Shown piece after piece: positions 61,221 to 64,000 of a stretch of 64,000 nt of DNA. The DNA is from Dimorphilus gyrociliatus. Lineage: Eukaryota; Animalia; Annelida. The DNA is taken from assembly GCA_904063045.1 (NCBI GenBank), contig CAJFCJ010000009.1, positions 1,488,968-1,552,967 on the forward strand. The letters run 5' to 3'. The position numbers were made by a program, and so were the translations under genes. Under the pieces are notes generated by a model. That model saw nothing but the letters and a program-made list of their open reading frames with translations. It searched no databases and was not told where the DNA came from. How positions within the stretch are numbered: the stretch's first letter is position 1; every line of letters begins with the position of its first letter.

Positions 61221-61758
61221 TTTCTAGGTTGTATATTCAGTAATCAATCGAAACGACTACCTTTTTGTACTATATATTAGTGTTTTTTATCATTCTATTC
61301 TTTTATATATGATTGTAGAGTAGAAAACAACACTTTTAATAAGAAATAAATCTAAAATAAGAAACAATGTTCTGCTAGTGGTGACTATTTTCGATTCCGT
61401 TTCCGTAGAAATTGGCGGGATTTTCAAATTAGATCATCATACTATTACTATCGGTCAGATGAGAAAGATTTAGTAGAAATAGTTCAAAAGCTATCATTAG
61501 TTTACTTTAAACAGGATTCAAAACCCTCTATTTGTTTATTCTTTCAATCTCAGTCTCTCTTGAAAGGATATCTAATTCACTCATGATGGCGTACGTGTTG
61601 CTCTCAAAGCCGAAGAGGGCTATTGATGCTAGTGTTCTTTGTCGGTAGATTTAAATTATTCCAAATGGATTGGCAATACAATAGTTAAAACGATAATAAT
61701 CTTGAACATTAAATTGTTTAATGATAATAAAAGAAAATAGAAACTTTATAATTAAAAA

Positions 61759-62327
61759 TTATTCAAAGTTACTTAAGAATTTTTGAATATTAGCCAAAGC
61801 CATAGGATTTGTACTAACGCAGTCATTTTCAGTAAACGGTGACGTCACATTTACTATTCCAGCAACTAGTAATATATTTCCTTGTCTTTCGACCGGTATA
61901 CGTAATTGATTAAAGTATTTGATCACATCTTCAATATTTCTAGATTGTTTCCTTTCCTTTTCACTGCCGAATTTCTTTTTTACTAAGTCATCGAGTTCTT
62001 GTTTTTTTACACTGGAATCATTATTTATAATTCGTATTCCCTGAATAGAATGACTTGTAATTAGCTCAATTGAATTATCTTCAAAATTCACTAGAACAAT
62101 AGTAAATGATTCTGGATCTATTGTATAAACCCAACCGGTATATTTGGACTTATTATTCATAATTATCTCAATTTCTTTATAGACGTAAGAATGTAAAGAT
62201 TCAGGATCGGTTTTTAACGATTTGAATTCATCATTTGACAGAGGTATTTCTTGTTCCTCCTATAGAAATATTTAAATGATCAATTAAAAAGTTAATACAA
62301 GGAAAATATAAAATAATTTTTTACCAT
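61759..62327 (-). CDS. GEMIN6: Gem-associated protein 6 (SMN complex); first exon is the ATG only (62327-62325)
   Basis: YVYKEIEI..KYTGWVYTIDPESFTIVLVNF..LIxSHSIQ..LRIPV..LLVAGIVNVTSPFTENDCVSTNPMALANIQ. Confidence 0.9.
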
Positions 62328-63049
62328 TGTTTTTGAATTGATTCAAATAAATGAGATATTAATTTTATAATATAAAAATAAGTAATAAGTCAACAACAAA
62401 ACAGGAAAATTACAATAACCAATCGTTAAATTTGCGCACTAGCAGACGATAATACAACACTAACAACCCCATCTACAGTGTGAATTAGTTTTAAGATAAA
62501 AGATATTCGTTTTTCGATTATGAAAGTAATTTGAATAAAACTTTACTATTACTGCTATAAGGGCAAACTGGAGACCCATACTTATCTGTTTACCGTCTTA
62601 TTTAGCTTATTATATGCATTTTGATCTTATTGAGTATCCACTTTGTGAATTGCTAATAGAAGTATTCTTTTCTTCTATTTTTCTATTCTAAGAAAGAATT
62701 CCATTGGGTCTAATTAAAGCACATAATAATTAGACATTTAATCTTGTCTTTGAAATAACCTTGAAGTTGTCTAGACACACTCGTGTTTGCCCTTTTTACC
62801 TTTTGACAAATTCAATAGAAAGTTCAAAGGTGAAACAATCACGTATGCCGTTAGGCTTAAATTAGACGCGAGAAAGGACTAAAAAGACCACGTGATCATA
62901 TTGAAAAAGAGAAGCGCTTAAAAAACGTGGTTACTCGTTATGTATTATAGTTAGTTGAAAGAGTTGGAACGGCGTGTGTGTTTAACAAGATTGTTAGAGA
63001 AGTATTTTTAATCTTTATTAAAAAATCCAAAAAAATATAAAGAGCAAGT

Positions 63050-63442
63050 ATGACCACGCCATGTTCAACTCCCCCTCCGAGGAGTAACATCTCTACGCCT
63101 AGCGCACCTAAAGTCGTCCGAGTAAGATGCGGAAAAATAGAATATAATATTGAGGAATCTCCTATGTCTGGCATTGTTAAGGGAACTATGAAAGTGAGTG
63201 TTTCCAAGAAAGAATCTAAGAAAAAAGTGAAGAGAAAACATTCCGAAAGTAAAATCGGAAATCCTTTTGCAAAAAAAACGAAAACGGGAGAGGACTTTGG
63301 TAATATATGGCCGCAAGAGGACCTATTTAACGCTAAGGAAAGACTAAAAAAAGGAAAGCAGGAAAGTGTTAAGGATGAAATTAATTGGCTAACCTTAGGG
63401 AAGAGGAAGAAAGTGATGTGGTTCAGAAACTTATCCTTTTAG
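63050..63442 (+). CDS. Uncharacterised small basic protein, 130 aa
   Basis: ATG-initiated ORF with coding-like composition in AT-rich surroundings; Lys-rich NLS-like KKESKKKVKRKH; several S/T-P sites. Confidence 0.55.
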   Translation: MTTPCSTPPPRSNISTPSAPKVVRVRCGKIEYNIEESPMSGIVKGTMKVSVSKKESKKKVKRKHSESKIGNPFAKKTKTGEDFGNIWPQEDLFNAKERLKKGKQESVKDEINWLTLGKRKKVMWFRNLSF

Positions 63443-64000
63443 TATTTCCAAATATTGTTTTCAAATTTTTGGTTCTATTTCTTATTAAAAGAAAAATACA
63501 TATCTAAATACTTTTTATTAAATTTAGTCAACGTTCTCAAATAATGGTTTTTTTCTATTATTATTGTTTTTTTGCTTCTTATATTTGAATCTTTGAAAGA
63601 AAGAACGTTCTATTTTTTTTATATAGAAAAGTTCTATGTTCATTTATTTTTTTTAAAAGAAAAGAAGGAATAGAACGTTTTTAAAAGAAAAACGGAAGAT
63701 TGTCTATTTTAAATTTTTTTTTCTTTGACATCAATTTACCGATCGAACGATCTACTTAATTTGTCTGTTTTTATATATATATATATATCATTACTGTATC
63801 GGACGAGTTTTTAAGGCTAATTAGACAGAATAACCTTATATGGTAAAAGTAACCTAGAGAACTAGAAAGTTCTAAAAAGTTGAGTAGTGTTATAAACTTT
63901 AAAAAAAAAAAAAAAAAAGTTGTCCAGACGGTTGACTTCACTAAAAACTGAGGTGAATATTATAGAATAGTCCTATAATATGTTCTATTCCAGACTATTT

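Overview
AT-rich, very gene-dense animal (eukaryotic) genomic DNA with short GT-AG introns (mostly 50-75 nt) and the standard code. The style resembles miniaturised spiralian genomes such as the annelid Dimorphilus, but this is inference only. About 21 protein-coding genes were assembled by hand across introns: DNAAF2/kintoun (partial), TMEM138, PLD1-type phospholipase D, ZPR1, TAF1A-like, an orphan basic ORF, a secreted Ser/Thr-rich protein, DENND1/connecdenn (plus a downstream 213-codon ORF or alternative last exon), a KIAA0825 homologue, BMS1, SNAPC3, RMI2-like, an orphan single-pass membrane protein, ABCF3, alanine aminotransferase, a PAN+C-type lectin+TSP1 receptor, QTRT2, a giant cysteine-rich surface protein, SIRT4, GEMIN6 and an orphan basic ORF. 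The standout is the 13-kb gene at 46558-59505. It has 52 exons and an intact frame of about 3,260 aa: signal peptide, about 86 six-cysteine furin-like/VSP-like modules, a Ly6/uPAR (three-finger) domain and a GPI-type tail. All 51 introns are phase 1, so every internal exon is skippable in frame. Its core is 25 one-module exons alternating two module types (A/B), built by nested tandem duplications. In the youngest duplication (346 bp) both introns and the A-exon sequence are identical, while the B exon carries 11 substitutions, 10 of them amino-acid changing. This looks like a diversifying, modular cell-surface recognition or variable-antigen system. No tRNA, rRNA, CRISPR array or intact transposon could be supported.
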